A stretch of 64,000 nt of DNA from an uncultured delta proteobacterium (GCA_963696385.1 CAVOKF010000003.1:640001-704000); one strand, 5' to 3'. Shown: positions 41,020 to 50,870, numbered from the stretch's first letter. The notes: generated from the letters alone by a model not told the origin. Numbers and translations are program-made.

Positions 41020-43944
41020 TCACCGCGTCCCCAGAACCCGATGGTACGCGGCACGAACCTCGCGCGTCACCATCACGTAACGATCCAGAAGAAGCTGGTC
41101 TGCCCGCGCGCGCGGGGCGTCGCGCATTCCCATGCGTCTCGCCAGCGTCACGAGACCGGGCGCTCCTTCCTCGAGCAGACTGACGCTCACTCCGTGCGAA
41201 ATGCGCAAGCGTTGCTCGAGTCTTCGCAGAAATAGCCACGCGTCGCGAAGCGTTTCCGCCAAAGGCGCCTCGATGTACGCGCACGTCTCGAGAGCGGACA
41301 GCGCGACTTCGGTCTCCGTAGCGCGCACCCGCGGATCCAAGCCGTAGCGCATCTGAAGCCACTGCGTCGCAAACTCGATGTCGACGAGCCCGCCACGGCC
41401 CACCTTCAAGTCGTATCGGGAGGGCGAGCGATCGAGCCGCTCGTGTCCAAGCTCGCGCTCCATGCGTCCTCGCAAATACTGCAGGCGCTGTGGGTCCGGA
41501 GCGCCGCGCTCGAACGCAGCGCGATGAGCGATCTCGATGACCCGTGCACCCAACTCGGGGTCACCTGCGCAAGCGCGAGCCTTCACGAGCGCCTGGCGCT
41601 CCCAGCTTTCGGCGCGTTCGTCCTGATATCGTCCGAAGCCGTCGAGCGAGACCACGAGAAGGCCCTGATTGCCCGACGGACGAAGTCTCGTATCGAGAGA
41701 GTAGCCAACGCCCTCGCGATGCGGGGTCTCCATCAACCGGAGCACGCGTTGGGCGACGCGGGCGAATCGCTCCGGGGCCGCCTCGTCGATCGCCTCGTAC
41801 ACGAAGAAAATATCCAGGTCCGATCCGTACCCGATCTCGCGCCCACCGAACGTTCCCAAGGCCACGACGGCCAGGCCGCGCGCGCCGCCTCCTCCGTCCG
41901 GGCTTGCTTGCCCCGACGGCGCCGTGCCACTCGTCTCGCACAATGCGAAGTTTACGGCGTGGGAGAGGATGGCGTCGGCCAGTGCCGTCAGGGCACGCGT
42001 GACATCGACCGTTCCCAGCTCACCCGCCAGGTCGGCAAGACCGACCTCGAAGGTGACACGCCGCTTCGCGCGGCGAATTGCGCCAACGAACGCATCCACG
42101 TCGCGGGCGTCGTCCGGAGAAAGCGCGGCCACCTCCTCGTCGACCTGAACGCGTGGAACGTCGGCCGACGGTGCGCCGCGCGCATACAAAACGCGGTCAA
42201 CGAGATCGGGATGACTCACGATCGACTCCCCGAGAAAAGCGCTGGCCCCCAAAAGCGAGCAGAGTGCGCGCACCAGCCGGGGATCGTCGGCCAGAGCGCG
42301 AACATAGGCACCGGGCGTGGCAAGACGAGCGAAAAATGCCGACAGAAGACGCGACGCCTGTTCCGGGTCGGCGGCATCCGCGAGGGCGTCGATAAGACGG
42401 GCCGAAAAATGGGGATCTCGATCGCGCGTCGTCGCCGCGAGCGGACTGTCCGGCTTGCGCGCGAGAGACAGGAGATGTCGTGGCAAGTCGACGCCAGCAG
42501 CGCCGAAGCGCCCCGACGCGGCTCGTGCGACAGCCCCCTCGTCGTGCGAATCGAGAGCCGTCCATAGCCCCCCCAGCGAAGGGTCTTCGCGCAACGCCCC
42601 CGAAGGCCCCAGCGACGCGAAACGCGCCGAGACACGTGCACGAACTGCGTCGATCTCGCGCACGAGCGGCTCCGATCCGTCGTACCCGAGCGATCGCGCG
42701 ATGCGGTCGCGCATGGGTTCTTCCCGAGGCAGTGTGTGTGTCTGCTGCCCGGTCGCAAACTGGATGCGGTGCTCGAGTCGCCGCAAAAAAAGGTACGCGT
42801 CAGCGAGCTCCTGTTCTTCGCGCTCGGTCACGAACCCGCCCGCCCGCAGACGCCGCAGAGCTTCAACGGTATTGCGGCATTGTACGCGCGGCTCGCGCCC
42901 ACCCCAGACGAGCTGCAAGCCCTGGGCGAAGAACTCGATCTCGCGGATGCCACCGGGGCCGATCTTCAGGTCGTCGCGTGCCAGGGCCCCGGCCTCGGTG
43001 CGCGCGCGGGCAAGCATCGCGGCCATGTCGTCGATGACGCGCGGATCCACTGCACGACGCCATACGAACGGGGCCAAGGCTGAAAGAAGAGAGTCGCCGA
43101 AGCGGAGATCCCCGGCAATCGGCCTGGCGCGCACGAGTGCCGCGCGCTCCCACGATCGACCCCACGTTTCATAATAGCGCTCGGCCGCCGCGAGTGCGTT
43201 GACCAGCGGTCCTCGCGTCCCCTCGGGCCGCAAGCGAAGATCAACCCTCCAAGCCACACCGTCCTCCGTGGCGTCGTCGATCGTTGCAACGAACCGCTGT
43301 GCCACTCGAGTGAAGTGCTCGTGCAGCGTGTGCGCGGGGCCGCCCCCCACCTGCGGCGGGCGCACGACCCCGTCGTCGGTCTCGTAAAAGAGTGTGAGGT
43401 CGACATCGCTTCCCGCGTTCAGCTCCCGCCCGCCGAGCTTGCCCATTCCGATGACGACGAATGCGCACGGAGATCCATTTGCGGCGAAAGGTTCACCGAA
43501 CCGAGCCTGCGCCCACGTGGCAGCCTCTGTGAGCGCGATTTCGCAGGAGACGTCCGCCAAGTCGGAGAGCTCTCGGGCCGTTACGTCGACGTCTTGCCCT
43601 GGATACGCAAGGACTTCTCGCACTGCGATGCGCAGCTTCTCTCGAGCGACAAAGCGTCGCAGTCCGCGCTGGACGCGCAGCCTATCGGTGACATCGCCGA
43701 CTGCCGTCGCTGCGAGGCGACGGTACGTACGCAAGTCGCGCGCCTGCCGAGTCCCGCGGGCGACGGCGACAAGGTCTTCGGGATGCGCATGGATCTCAGG
43801 GGCGAGGCCGGGGTACGCGCAGGCGACCAGAGCGCCGAGTTCGATGACGTCTTCGCGAGGTCGCTCTCCGAACGCGTGGAGACGCGACGTAATGAGCACC
43901 CGCGCCGCCTCGGCATCGTGTGGAGCGACGTCGATGGCGCGCAT
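41020..43944 (-). CDS. glnE: Glutamine synthetase adenylyltransferase/adenylyl-removing enzyme
   Basis: Duplicated nucleotidyltransferase domains: GMGKLGGRELN.GSDVD, VDLRLRPEG, GGREIGYGSDLD, LDTRLRPSG, WERQAL. Confidence 0.95.
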   Translation of the reverse strand: MRAIDVAPHDAEAARVLITSRLHAFGERPREDVIELGALVACAYPGLAPEIHAHPEDLVAVARGTRQARDLRTYRRLAATAVGDVTDRLRVQRGLRRFVAREKLRIAVREVLAYPGQDVDVTARELSDLADVSCEIALTEAATWAQARFGEPFAANGSPCAFVVIGMGKLGGRELNAGSDVDLTLFYETDDGVVRPPQVGGGPAHTLHEHFTRVAQRFVATIDDATEDGVAWRVDLRLRPEGTRGPLVNALAAAERYYETWGRSWERAALVRARPIAGDLRFGDSLLSALAPFVWRRAVDPRVIDDMAAMLARARTEAGALARDDLKIGPGGIREIEFFAQGLQLVWGGREPRVQCRNTVEALRRLRAGGFVTEREEQELADAYLFLRRLEHRIQFATGQQTHTLPREEPMRDRIARSLGYDGSEPLVREIDAVRARVSARFASLGPSGALREDPSLGGLWTALDSHDEGAVARAASGRFGAAGVDLPRHLLSLARKPDSPLAATTRDRDPHFSARLIDALADAADPEQASRLLSAFFARLATPGAYVRALADDPRLVRALCSLLGASAFLGESIVSHPDLVDRVLYARGAPSADVPRVQVDEEVAALSPDDARDVDAFVGAIRRAKRRVTFEVGLADLAGELGTVDVTRALTALADAILSHAVNFALCETSGTAPSGQASPDGGGGARGLAVVALGTFGGREIGYGSDLDIFFVYEAIDEAAPERFARVAQRVLRLMETPHREGVGYSLDTRLRPSGNQGLLVVSLDGFGRYQDERAESWERQALVKARACAGDPELGARVIEIAHRAAFERGAPDPQRLQYLRGRMERELGHERLDRSPSRYDLKVGRGGLVDIEFATQWLQMRYGLDPRVRATETEVALSALETCAYIEAPLAETLRDAWLFLRRLEQRLRISHGVSVSLLEEGAPGLVTLARRMGMRDAPRARADQLLLDRYVMVTREVRAAYHRVLGTR

Positions 43945-44079
43945 CTTTAACGCAGACTAATCCCGCCACTGCGGGGCGTTAAGCCAGGAACGCTCGACGA
44001 TAGGGCCCTCGCACGAGTGTTCGTGGCCGCGGTTCTCCGCGGTTCTCAAAGGGCCCGTCGCCGCAATTTGGGAGCGGAG

Positions 44080-44787
44080 TCAGCGCCGCCATGTCGACCC
44101 CCAAAGCGGAAACATCATGATGGCCGCCCAATCGAAGAGGGCGTGTGCCAGGATGCCCGGCGCGAGTCGCCCGAAGAAGCGCGCCATGCCTGCCCAAAGG
44201 AAGCCCCCGCCGAGCGCCGCAACGAAGACCACGGGGTTCGGTCCCGCGCCGGAGCCCAGCGCAACGGCCGTCGGAACGGTCGCGGCAGCATAAAGCCCTG
44301 CCGCCCAAAGCCACGCGAAGCGTGAACCGAAACGGTCGGCAACCAGCTGCGTGATCATGCCCCGCCACAAGACTTCCTCGGCCGCCGACGCCACGATGAG
44401 CGCCGTGGCGACAGCACCCGCGTGGGCCTGCAGCTCGCGTGGATCGCCGATCTGCCCGTACAGCGACACGAGCCAGATCTCGCGCGTCGAGCCCACCGGA
44501 GCGGCGGCCCGGGCGAAGCCCCATGCGACGGCAAACAGAACGAGAGCGCCGAACAACCCGCGCGTGAAGTCTCCCCACCGCGGGGTCATCCACCCGCGCA
44601 AAAGCCCCTGCCGCTCTGCCCATACGGCGGCGATCGCGGCCAAGACGACCGTGGGACCTTCCGCGAGGAGCCAGAACGCCGTTCTCGCCGCGCGCTCGGG
44701 TGAAAATGCCAGGTACCAAGCCGCGCTGCTCACGACGAAGACGACCGCAACGAAGAGGGCCGCAGCAGAACGCATGGCGAGGGTCAT
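44080..44787 (-). CDS. CPBP-family membrane protein, second copy
   Basis: AEEVLWRG, HALFD, TM helices; the FxxxH His appears replaced. Confidence 0.75.
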   Translation of the reverse strand: MTLAMRSAAALFVAVVFVVSSAAWYLAFSPERAARTAFWLLAEGPTVVLAAIAAVWAERQGLLRGWMTPRWGDFTRGLFGALVLFAVAWGFARAAAPVGSTREIWLVSLYGQIGDPRELQAHAGAVATALIVASAAEEVLWRGMITQLVADRFGSRFAWLWAAGLYAAATVPTAVALGSGAGPNPVVFVAALGGGFLWAGMARFFGRLAPGILAHALFDWAAIMMFPLWGSTWRR

Positions 44788-44902
44788 CACGTAATCGAAA
44801 CGTGGCGCCCGTGCGAGCCACGTTGGACGAACGGTCCTGTCCACCCGGTCGCGCATGCGCGGTCGGCATGGGCGACGGATCGAATTCTGATAGTCTCGAC
44901 CC

Positions 44903-45976
44903 ATGGCCCGCGTCGTTGCCGCTACAGCGTCTGCGATTGCGCGCTCGTTCGGCTTGCTCGTGGTCCTGGCGATTGCCGGAGCCGGTGCCCTTTTCTTGGG
45001 GTGCAACGCAACGACCCGGGTCGATGCCGGTCATGTCGGCATCCGCGTGAAGCTCGCGGGAAGCGACCGGGGTGTGCAGGACATGCCCGTCGTGACGGGA
45101 TGGGTCTTTTTCAACCCTCTCACAGAGCAGATCGTTCTCTTCCCGACCAGCGTGCAAAACGTCGTCTGGTCGCAATCCGCGCACGAAGGCAAACCTTTCG
45201 ACGAATCCATCACGTTCAGCTCGAACGAGGGCGTCAACATCAGTGCCGACATCGGCCTGTCGTTTCACATCGAGCCGGGGCTGGCTCCACGGCTCTACAA
45301 CCGCTTCCGGCTCAACGATCTGGCCGTGCTTGCGGACGGCTACATGCGCAACACGGTTCGCGAAGCGTTCAACGACGTGGCGTCGCGACTGCCAGTCCAG
45401 GAGATTTACGGCGGCGGGAAGAGCAAAATGCTCCATGACGTGACGCAGAAATGCCGGGACGTCTTCAGCAAAGACGGAATCGTCATCGACCAGTTGACAA
45501 TCAACGGAGCGCTTCGCCTACCGCAAAACGTGATGGACGCGATCAACCGAGCGATGGAGGCGACGCAGAACGCGATTCAGAGCCGCAACCGCGTCGCTCA
45601 GGTCGAGGCGGAAGCTCAGCAAGCGATCACCCAAGCGCACGGGCAAGCCGAGGCCGCAAGACAGAAGGCCGAGGGTGAGGCCGACGGGTTGCTGATCCGT
45701 GCGCGGGCCGAGGCCAAAGCCAACGAAATCATCCGCCTTTCGATGACGCCGGCCGTTCTCCAGTACCGAGCGCTCGAGCACTGGGATGGCAGGCTGCCCG
45801 TCTACAGCGCGGGGCAACTGCCCTTGCTGACGTTCGATGCCGCAAAACTTGGCGCGCTAGGCAACGAAGGAGCTCGGCAAAAGGCGCTTCAGCAGCTGCT
45901 CGAAGAGACGGATGCAAACAAGGCCGCGAAGACGGCGCCCGAACCCCCGCCGCCCGCCACGACGCCACCGAACTGA
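44903..45976 (+). CDS. SPFH (band 7/prohibitin) domain protein
   Basis: N-terminal TM, VDAGHVGI, SPFH core, Ala/Glu/Gln coiled coil, WDGRLP. Confidence 0.88.
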   Translation: MARVVAATASAIARSFGLLVVLAIAGAGALFLGCNATTRVDAGHVGIRVKLAGSDRGVQDMPVVTGWVFFNPLTEQIVLFPTSVQNVVWSQSAHEGKPFDESITFSSNEGVNISADIGLSFHIEPGLAPRLYNRFRLNDLAVLADGYMRNTVREAFNDVASRLPVQEIYGGGKSKMLHDVTQKCRDVFSKDGIVIDQLTINGALRLPQNVMDAINRAMEATQNAIQSRNRVAQVEAEAQQAITQAHGQAEAARQKAEGEADGLLIRARAEAKANEIIRLSMTPAVLQYRALEHWDGRLPVYSAGQLPLLTFDAAKLGALGNEGARQKALQQLLEETDANKAAKTAPEPPPPATTPPN

Positions 45977-45989
45977 ATGAAAGCGATGT

Positions 45990-46018
45990 TTGACGTTCCC
46001 GTCGAATCGCGGTAGATG
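45990..46018 (+). promoter_or_regulatory. Putative sigma70 promoter for the HARE-HTH gene
   Basis: TTGACG-17 nt-TAGATG. Confidence 0.55.
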
Positions 46019-46174
46019 TCGTCGCGACGCGTAGCGTGCGGCTCGCACCAGGTTGGCAGGGTCGGCGCAGGCGCGGAGTCGTTTTTTTTCAAGAGCGCCC
46101 GGAACGGTCATAGCGGCCAATCCAGCGGCGCCCCGAACAGGGGGCCCCGGCAAGGGGACGAACGAAAGCCGAAC

Positions 46175-47809
46175 ATGACGTTCATCGAAGCTGCTGCGGA
46201 GGTTCTCCGCCAAGCGGGTAAACCGCTTCATTACAAAGAGATCACCGAGCTTGCCATCGCAAGCAACCTTCTCTCTCACGTGGGCAAGACGCCCGAGGTC
46301 ACGATGAGTCATCGCCTGACGGCGGCGGTGAAGAAGGACGACAAGGACGTCCCCATCGTAAAGGTCAAGCCCGGGATCTTCGCGCTCCGCGAATGGGAAG
46401 AGCCGAAGGCCAAAAGAAGAGGCGCCCCCACGGCGCCGGACGGTGAAGCCGGCGCTTCAGAGGAGGTTGGCGAGGAAAACGGCGCACTCGAAGTCAATGC
46501 TCTCGAGATTGAGGCCGCTTTGCGCGGCGCGGAGCAGAACCGCGAGACCGCCGCCGAATCCGACCTCGAGGACGAGGGCTCGGACGGTGACCGCGCAACG
46601 CCCGTATCGGGTGAAGAGGCCCTGCGGGCAGACCTCGCCGCTCGAGGCGCCGAGCTGTTCGACGACGAAGACGACGACGACCAGCCGATCCTCGCCCCGT
46701 TGTCCCAACCCGAGACGACGACCGCGCAGGGCGAGGGAGGACGACGACGAAGACGACGGCGCCGGAGGGGTCGAGGCGGCAACAGCCAGGCCGATACCGG
46801 TTCTGGCTTCGCTCCGAACGCTTCCGCCGACAAGCCGTCTCCATCGCGAGTCGAAGTCACGCTCAGTCAGCCTCCAGTAGCGGCCCCTGCCGAGGGGGAC
46901 GACGGAATCGAGGCTCGCGAACAAGCTGTGGCGGCGCGACCGGTCGTTCGCGATCGGCAGCAGATTATGGCCGGCGGACAGCCGACCGGAATCGACGTCC
47001 CGTTGGGGGAGGGCGAAGAGCTTGCCGGGCGCGAGCTCGCCGACGCGGTCGCACTCGTTCTGGCCTCGTTCGATCGCAACAGCGGGCCGGCTCCCGTTCG
47101 CGCGGTCGCCGACGCCCTGCTGCGCCGGGGGCGGCTGCAGGGCGACCCGATCTTAGGAGTGGCTCAGGTGGGCGCGACGGTCCGGGCCGATAACCTTCGT
47201 CGTCATGCCAATGGACAGCGGATTCGCTTTCGGTTGGCCAGCAATGCACGAGTGGGCTTGACGGACTGGTCGCTCGGGGGCGAGCTGCCTCGGCTCGAAC
47301 AGGAAGTTGTCGCCGCCGTCGAGCGTTACCGAGAGGCGTCGCGGCGCGCGTTGCTCCGCCGCATCCAAGAGTTGCCCGGCCATGCTCTGATCGAGCTCGT
47401 TCTGGTCGCGCTCGAACGGGTCGGAATGATGAATCTGAGGACCGTTCGGCGCTCGGGATCGCCCGGCGGCGAGGCGCACTTTTCGGCCCTGCACAGGACG
47501 GGGGGCGATGTCATTGCCACCGCACTCGTGATTCGAAAAGACGGGCGCGAGATCGGGCGAGAACGCGTCACGGATCTCCGAGGTGCTCTTCATCATTACG
47601 GACCTGCGACGACCGGGTGGCTGATCACGACCGGACAGGTGCTGTCCGGGGCGCGCGAAGAGGCTGCTGCTGCGGGCGCGGCTCCGGTGACGCTCTACGA
47701 CGGCATCGGTTTGTGCAAGCTACTCGAGGAGATCGATGTCGGCGTGGTGAAGACCCGATTCGCCGTCGCGATCCCGGACCTCGAATTGCTCGAGACACTC
47801 CGCGGCTGA
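46175..47809 (+). CDS. HARE-HTH (RNAP delta/ASXL-like) protein with C-terminal Mrr-like restriction-endonuclease fold
   Basis: MTFIEAAAEVLRQAGKPLHYKEIT...GKTPEVTM winged helix; IGRERVTDLRGAL...GWLITTG...LYDG..L Mrr-like domain. Confidence 0.8.
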   Translation: MTFIEAAAEVLRQAGKPLHYKEITELAIASNLLSHVGKTPEVTMSHRLTAAVKKDDKDVPIVKVKPGIFALREWEEPKAKRRGAPTAPDGEAGASEEVGEENGALEVNALEIEAALRGAEQNRETAAESDLEDEGSDGDRATPVSGEEALRADLAARGAELFDDEDDDDQPILAPLSQPETTTAQGEGGRRRRRRRRRGRGGNSQADTGSGFAPNASADKPSPSRVEVTLSQPPVAAPAEGDDGIEAREQAVAARPVVRDRQQIMAGGQPTGIDVPLGEGEELAGRELADAVALVLASFDRNSGPAPVRAVADALLRRGRLQGDPILGVAQVGATVRADNLRRHANGQRIRFRLASNARVGLTDWSLGGELPRLEQEVVAAVERYREASRRALLRRIQELPGHALIELVLVALERVGMMNLRTVRRSGSPGGEAHFSALHRTGGDVIATALVIRKDGREIGRERVTDLRGALHHYGPATTGWLITTGQVLSGAREEAAAAGAAPVTLYDGIGLCKLLEEIDVGVVKTRFAVAIPDLELLETLRG

Positions 47810-47812
47810 GAG

Positions 47813-48904
47813 ATGCCCTGGGTCGGCACGTGGGTCGGGCTGCTCGCGGCAACTTCAATCGCGGCAGCGCCGCCAACCGTGGCTCAAAAGGGCCGGCCGT
47901 TGGCGACGGCCGTGAGGAATGCGAGGAGTCCGAGATCCCATCCCTCGCACCTGCCCCCGGAGCCCAACGTCAAGCTCGCCCTGGATGCACCGACGACTCG
48001 CGATCGCTGGAGCATTCGCGTGACCAACGACGGCGTCGTTCCAGTCCGAATCGTGGCCGACGCCCGGTTACTCACGCTCGATGTTACGCCGAGGAGTGCA
48101 CGCCAATCGGTGCACTGCGAACTTCCAACGACGATGCGTCCGGAGGATCCACTCGAACGCGCCATCGTGCTCCCACCGAGCCGCACGTTCGTCGAAACGT
48201 TCGAGCCACGCCTGTACTGTTTTGGCCAGAGAGGCTTCGATGCGCTCGCGTCCGGCGCCATCGTGGTCGGACACTTGGGCTCGAGCGGCGGTCCCGGAAC
48301 CGCGTTCTCGGAAGTCACGCCCATCGACGGGATCGAGCCCGAGATCGCGTCGATCCGCATGCTGGACGCCCCGCCCATAGCTCTGCCCGACGAGCGATCC
48401 CTTCCGCGGTCGATCCCGAGACCGGCAGGCGACGATCCGCTGGGAACGCCCAAACTCCGGCTCGAATCAGCCGACGCGATCGACGCCGCGTCGCCCGAGG
48501 ATGTCGAAATCCCGATAACGCTCCACAACGAGAGCACGATCGCCGTAACGCTGCGTTTTCGTCCAGAAATGCTCGGGTTCGAAGTGGCTGCACCTACGGC
48601 GGACCATCGCTGCACGTGGCCCACCCTGCCCTCTGCGCCCCTTCGGGAGCTCTTCACGACGATTGCACCGCATTCCGCCGCGCATCTCACGGTCGTGCTC
48701 GGTGCGTATTGCGCCGACCATACCCTCGACCGCAGCGGGCTCCTGCTGGTTCGCGCGTGGCTGGACACCCGCGGAGCGGGCGGGGCGACTTTGGGACTGC
48801 GCACCTTCGAGGGACGGTTGATGGGCACCTCGCCGACCGTCGTTCGACTGCAGCGCGGCAACGCGCCTCAACCGCTCGTACGACCGCGCCTGCAGAGCTA
48901 CTGA
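47813..48904 (+). CDS. Hypothetical exported protein
   Basis: Hydrophobic N-terminus and two similar beta-rich halves with Cys; coding-like bias; starts 3 nt after the upstream stop. Confidence 0.6.
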   Translation: MPWVGTWVGLLAATSIAAAPPTVAQKGRPLATAVRNARSPRSHPSHLPPEPNVKLALDAPTTRDRWSIRVTNDGVVPVRIVADARLLTLDVTPRSARQSVHCELPTTMRPEDPLERAIVLPPSRTFVETFEPRLYCFGQRGFDALASGAIVVGHLGSSGGPGTAFSEVTPIDGIEPEIASIRMLDAPPIALPDERSLPRSIPRPAGDDPLGTPKLRLESADAIDAASPEDVEIPITLHNESTIAVTLRFRPEMLGFEVAAPTADHRCTWPTLPSAPLRELFTTIAPHSAAHLTVVLGAYCADHTLDRSGLLLVRAWLDTRGAGGATLGLRTFEGRLMGTSPTVVRLQRGNAPQPLVRPRLQSY

Positions 48905-49029
48905 GGCAGAAAAATGGCACGTCGCAAGGCACGCTTCCCATTTTTCGGACGTTGCCCGGGGGTCCTTGCGGGCCGCAGGGCAGCGCGTATGTTCGTGCAG
49001 CTGCCGTTGTGGATAAACCGAGCGCTCCG

Positions 49030-49557
49030 ATGCCCCGTTACGAGTACCCCATTTTGACGCACGATCTTGACGTCTCGGGCAAGCAATTTCGCTTCCCGGT
49101 CCGAGCGGCTTGGCTGCGCGGCGCATTGGAGGGAACGGACGTCCGCCCCGCCGACCGCGACGGCAATCTCGACGTGCGGCTCTCAAGGAGCGGGCGCGAC
49201 GTCGTGGTGCGCGGTGTTCTTCGAGCCGAGCTGATGGTGCTGTGTGCGCGGTGTCTTGAACCGACACGCATCACGGTCGAGGACGAGGTCACGGCTCTCG
49301 CCGTAGAGACGCCCGCACACGGCACCGCACATGCCGAGGAGCTCGAATTGGCCATCGCGGACGCCGATACAATCCCGTTCGATGGTGAGACCGTCGTGCT
49401 CGATGACCTCGTCCGCGACCAGCTGCTCCTTGGCCTTCCGATGATCCCCTTGTGTTCCGAGGCTTGCGCGGGTATCAGCCACGGGGCCGAAAGCGGCCTG
49501 CCTGACGAGGCCCTGGACCCAAGGCTGCGGCCCCTGATGAGACTGAAGAAGACGTAG
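49030..49557 (+). CDS. yceD: YceD/DUF177 family protein
   Basis: CARCL, LDDLVRDQLLL.LPM.PLCSEAC.G, DPRL..L; directly upstream of rpmF. Confidence 0.9.
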   Translation: MPRYEYPILTHDLDVSGKQFRFPVRAAWLRGALEGTDVRPADRDGNLDVRLSRSGRDVVVRGVLRAELMVLCARCLEPTRITVEDEVTALAVETPAHGTAHAEELELAIADADTIPFDGETVVLDDLVRDQLLLGLPMIPLCSEACAGISHGAESGLPDEALDPRLRPLMRLKKT

Positions 49558-49570
49558 AAGGAGAACTGTC

Positions 49571-49762
49571 GTGGCCGTCCCCAAGCGACGCAAGAGCCGT
49601 TCAAAACGAAACATGCGACGTGCGCAACATGACAAGGTCGAGGCGCCGAACCTGGTTGCCTGCCCGAATTGTGGAGAACCCGTCGCGTCGCACCGTGCCT
49701 GCGCTTCGTGCGGCCATTACAAGGGGCGTTCCGTCAAACCCGGAACGGCATCGACCGAATAG
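49571..49762 (+). CDS. rpmF: 50S ribosomal protein L32
   Basis: MAVPKRRKSRSKRNMRR, CPNCG..H..C..CG.Y. Confidence 0.97.
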   Translation: MAVPKRRKSRSKRNMRRAQHDKVEAPNLVACPNCGEPVASHRACASCGHYKGRSVKPGTASTE

Positions 49763-49858
49763 ACGCTCGCAAACCGGCGCGGCCCGTGTCCGGGCGGCCT
49801 TCAAGCCCGAGATTCCCGAGGTCAAGCGAGCGCCGGAGAAGGCGCGGGCGGATGGATC

Positions 49859-50809
49859 ATGAGCATCGCATGGCTTTTCCCCGGCCAAGGCTCGCAGTTT
49901 GTGGGCATGTGCAAGGACGTCGTAAAGTCCTCGAAGGCGGCACGCGCGATTTTGGAGCGCGCCAACGATGCACTGGGCGAATCCCTCTCCGAGTTGATTC
50001 TGGAAGGCCCGGACGATCGACTGACTCTGACCGTCAACGCGCAGCCTGCTCTCGTGGCGACCAGCTGCGCGGTCCTCGAGGCCATTCGCGAACGCCTGCC
50101 GGGCTTGCCTCTACCCGCATTCGCCGCGGGGCACTCGCTCGGCGAGTACTCCGCGCTGGTTGCCGGCGAAGCCCTGTCCTTGGAGGATGCCGTTCGTCTC
50201 GTGCGCACGCGCGGCAGGGCCATGCAAGAGGCGGTGGCCCCGGGCACAGGAACGATGAGCGCAATCGTCGGAATGGATCCCGAGCGGCTTGAGGCAATTT
50301 GTGCCCAGGCGGCGGAGGGAAGCGTCGTCGCGCCAGCCAACTTCAACGCGCCGGGGCAAGTCGTCGTCGCGGGACATGCGGCCGCCGTCGCGCGCGTCGG
50401 CGAGCTCGTGATCGCTGAAAGGGGCCGCGCCATTCCACTCAAAGTGAGTGCCCCATTCCATTGCGCTCTCATGGCACCGGCGGCGCGCACACTGGAAGCG
50501 GAGCTCGCGTTCGTGAACGTGCTGCCCCCCCGTTTCCCCATCGTGGCGAATTTCGATGCGTGTGCCAATATCGATCCGTCCCGCGCGAGAGAACTTCTCG
50601 TCCGCCAAGTGGACGGGCCCGTGCGCTGGGACGCAAGCGTCCGCTTCATGGTCGCCCACGGCGTCACTCACGCGCTCGAAGTCGGGCCCGGGAAAGTTCT
50701 CGCCGGTCTCGTCAAGAGGATTGCCAAGGAGGTCAAAGTGCTGAGCGTCGGAGACCTCGCTTCGCTCGGAGAACTGCACTCCTTTATGGCCGAGGCAACG
50801 AGCCGCTGA
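49859..50809 (+). CDS. fabD: Malonyl-CoA:ACP transacylase
   Basis: FPGQGSQ, GHSLGEY, VSAPFH, EVGPGKVL. Confidence 0.96.
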   Translation: MSIAWLFPGQGSQFVGMCKDVVKSSKAARAILERANDALGESLSELILEGPDDRLTLTVNAQPALVATSCAVLEAIRERLPGLPLPAFAAGHSLGEYSALVAGEALSLEDAVRLVRTRGRAMQEAVAPGTGTMSAIVGMDPERLEAICAQAAEGSVVAPANFNAPGQVVVAGHAAAVARVGELVIAERGRAIPLKVSAPFHCALMAPAARTLEAELAFVNVLPPRFPIVANFDACANIDPSRARELLVRQVDGPVRWDASVRFMVAHGVTHALEVGPGKVLAGLVKRIAKEVKVLSVGDLASLGELHSFMAEATSR

Positions 50810-50841
50810 CGCAAAGCGCCATCCGCCCTCGCGCTTGAGTG

Positions 50842-50870
50842 TTGAATGGCCGGCGCGCGGCGTCTATAAG
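50842..50870 (+). promoter_or_regulatory. Putative internal sigma70 promoter upstream of fabG
   Basis: TTGAAT-17 nt-TATAAG; GGGAG Shine-Dalgarno before ATG 50892. Confidence 0.6.

Noticed and set aside
46125..46172. Resemblance to a c-di-GMP-I riboswitch (GGCAA...GGGACG...AAAGCC)
   Set aside because: Order and spacing of the conserved elements do not fit, and there is no room for the second stem before the start codon.
48909..48946. 9-bp inverted repeat GAAAAATGG...CCATTTTTC with an internal TGGCACG
   Set aside because: The TGGCACG lacks the -12 TTGC, so it is not a sigma54 promoter; the 20-nt loop is poor for a terminator; no function can be supported.
47617..49029. 646-aa ORF apparently fusing a long region to YceD
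   Set aside because: Arg-rich shadow frame over two real genes; YceD similarity begins at ATG 49030.
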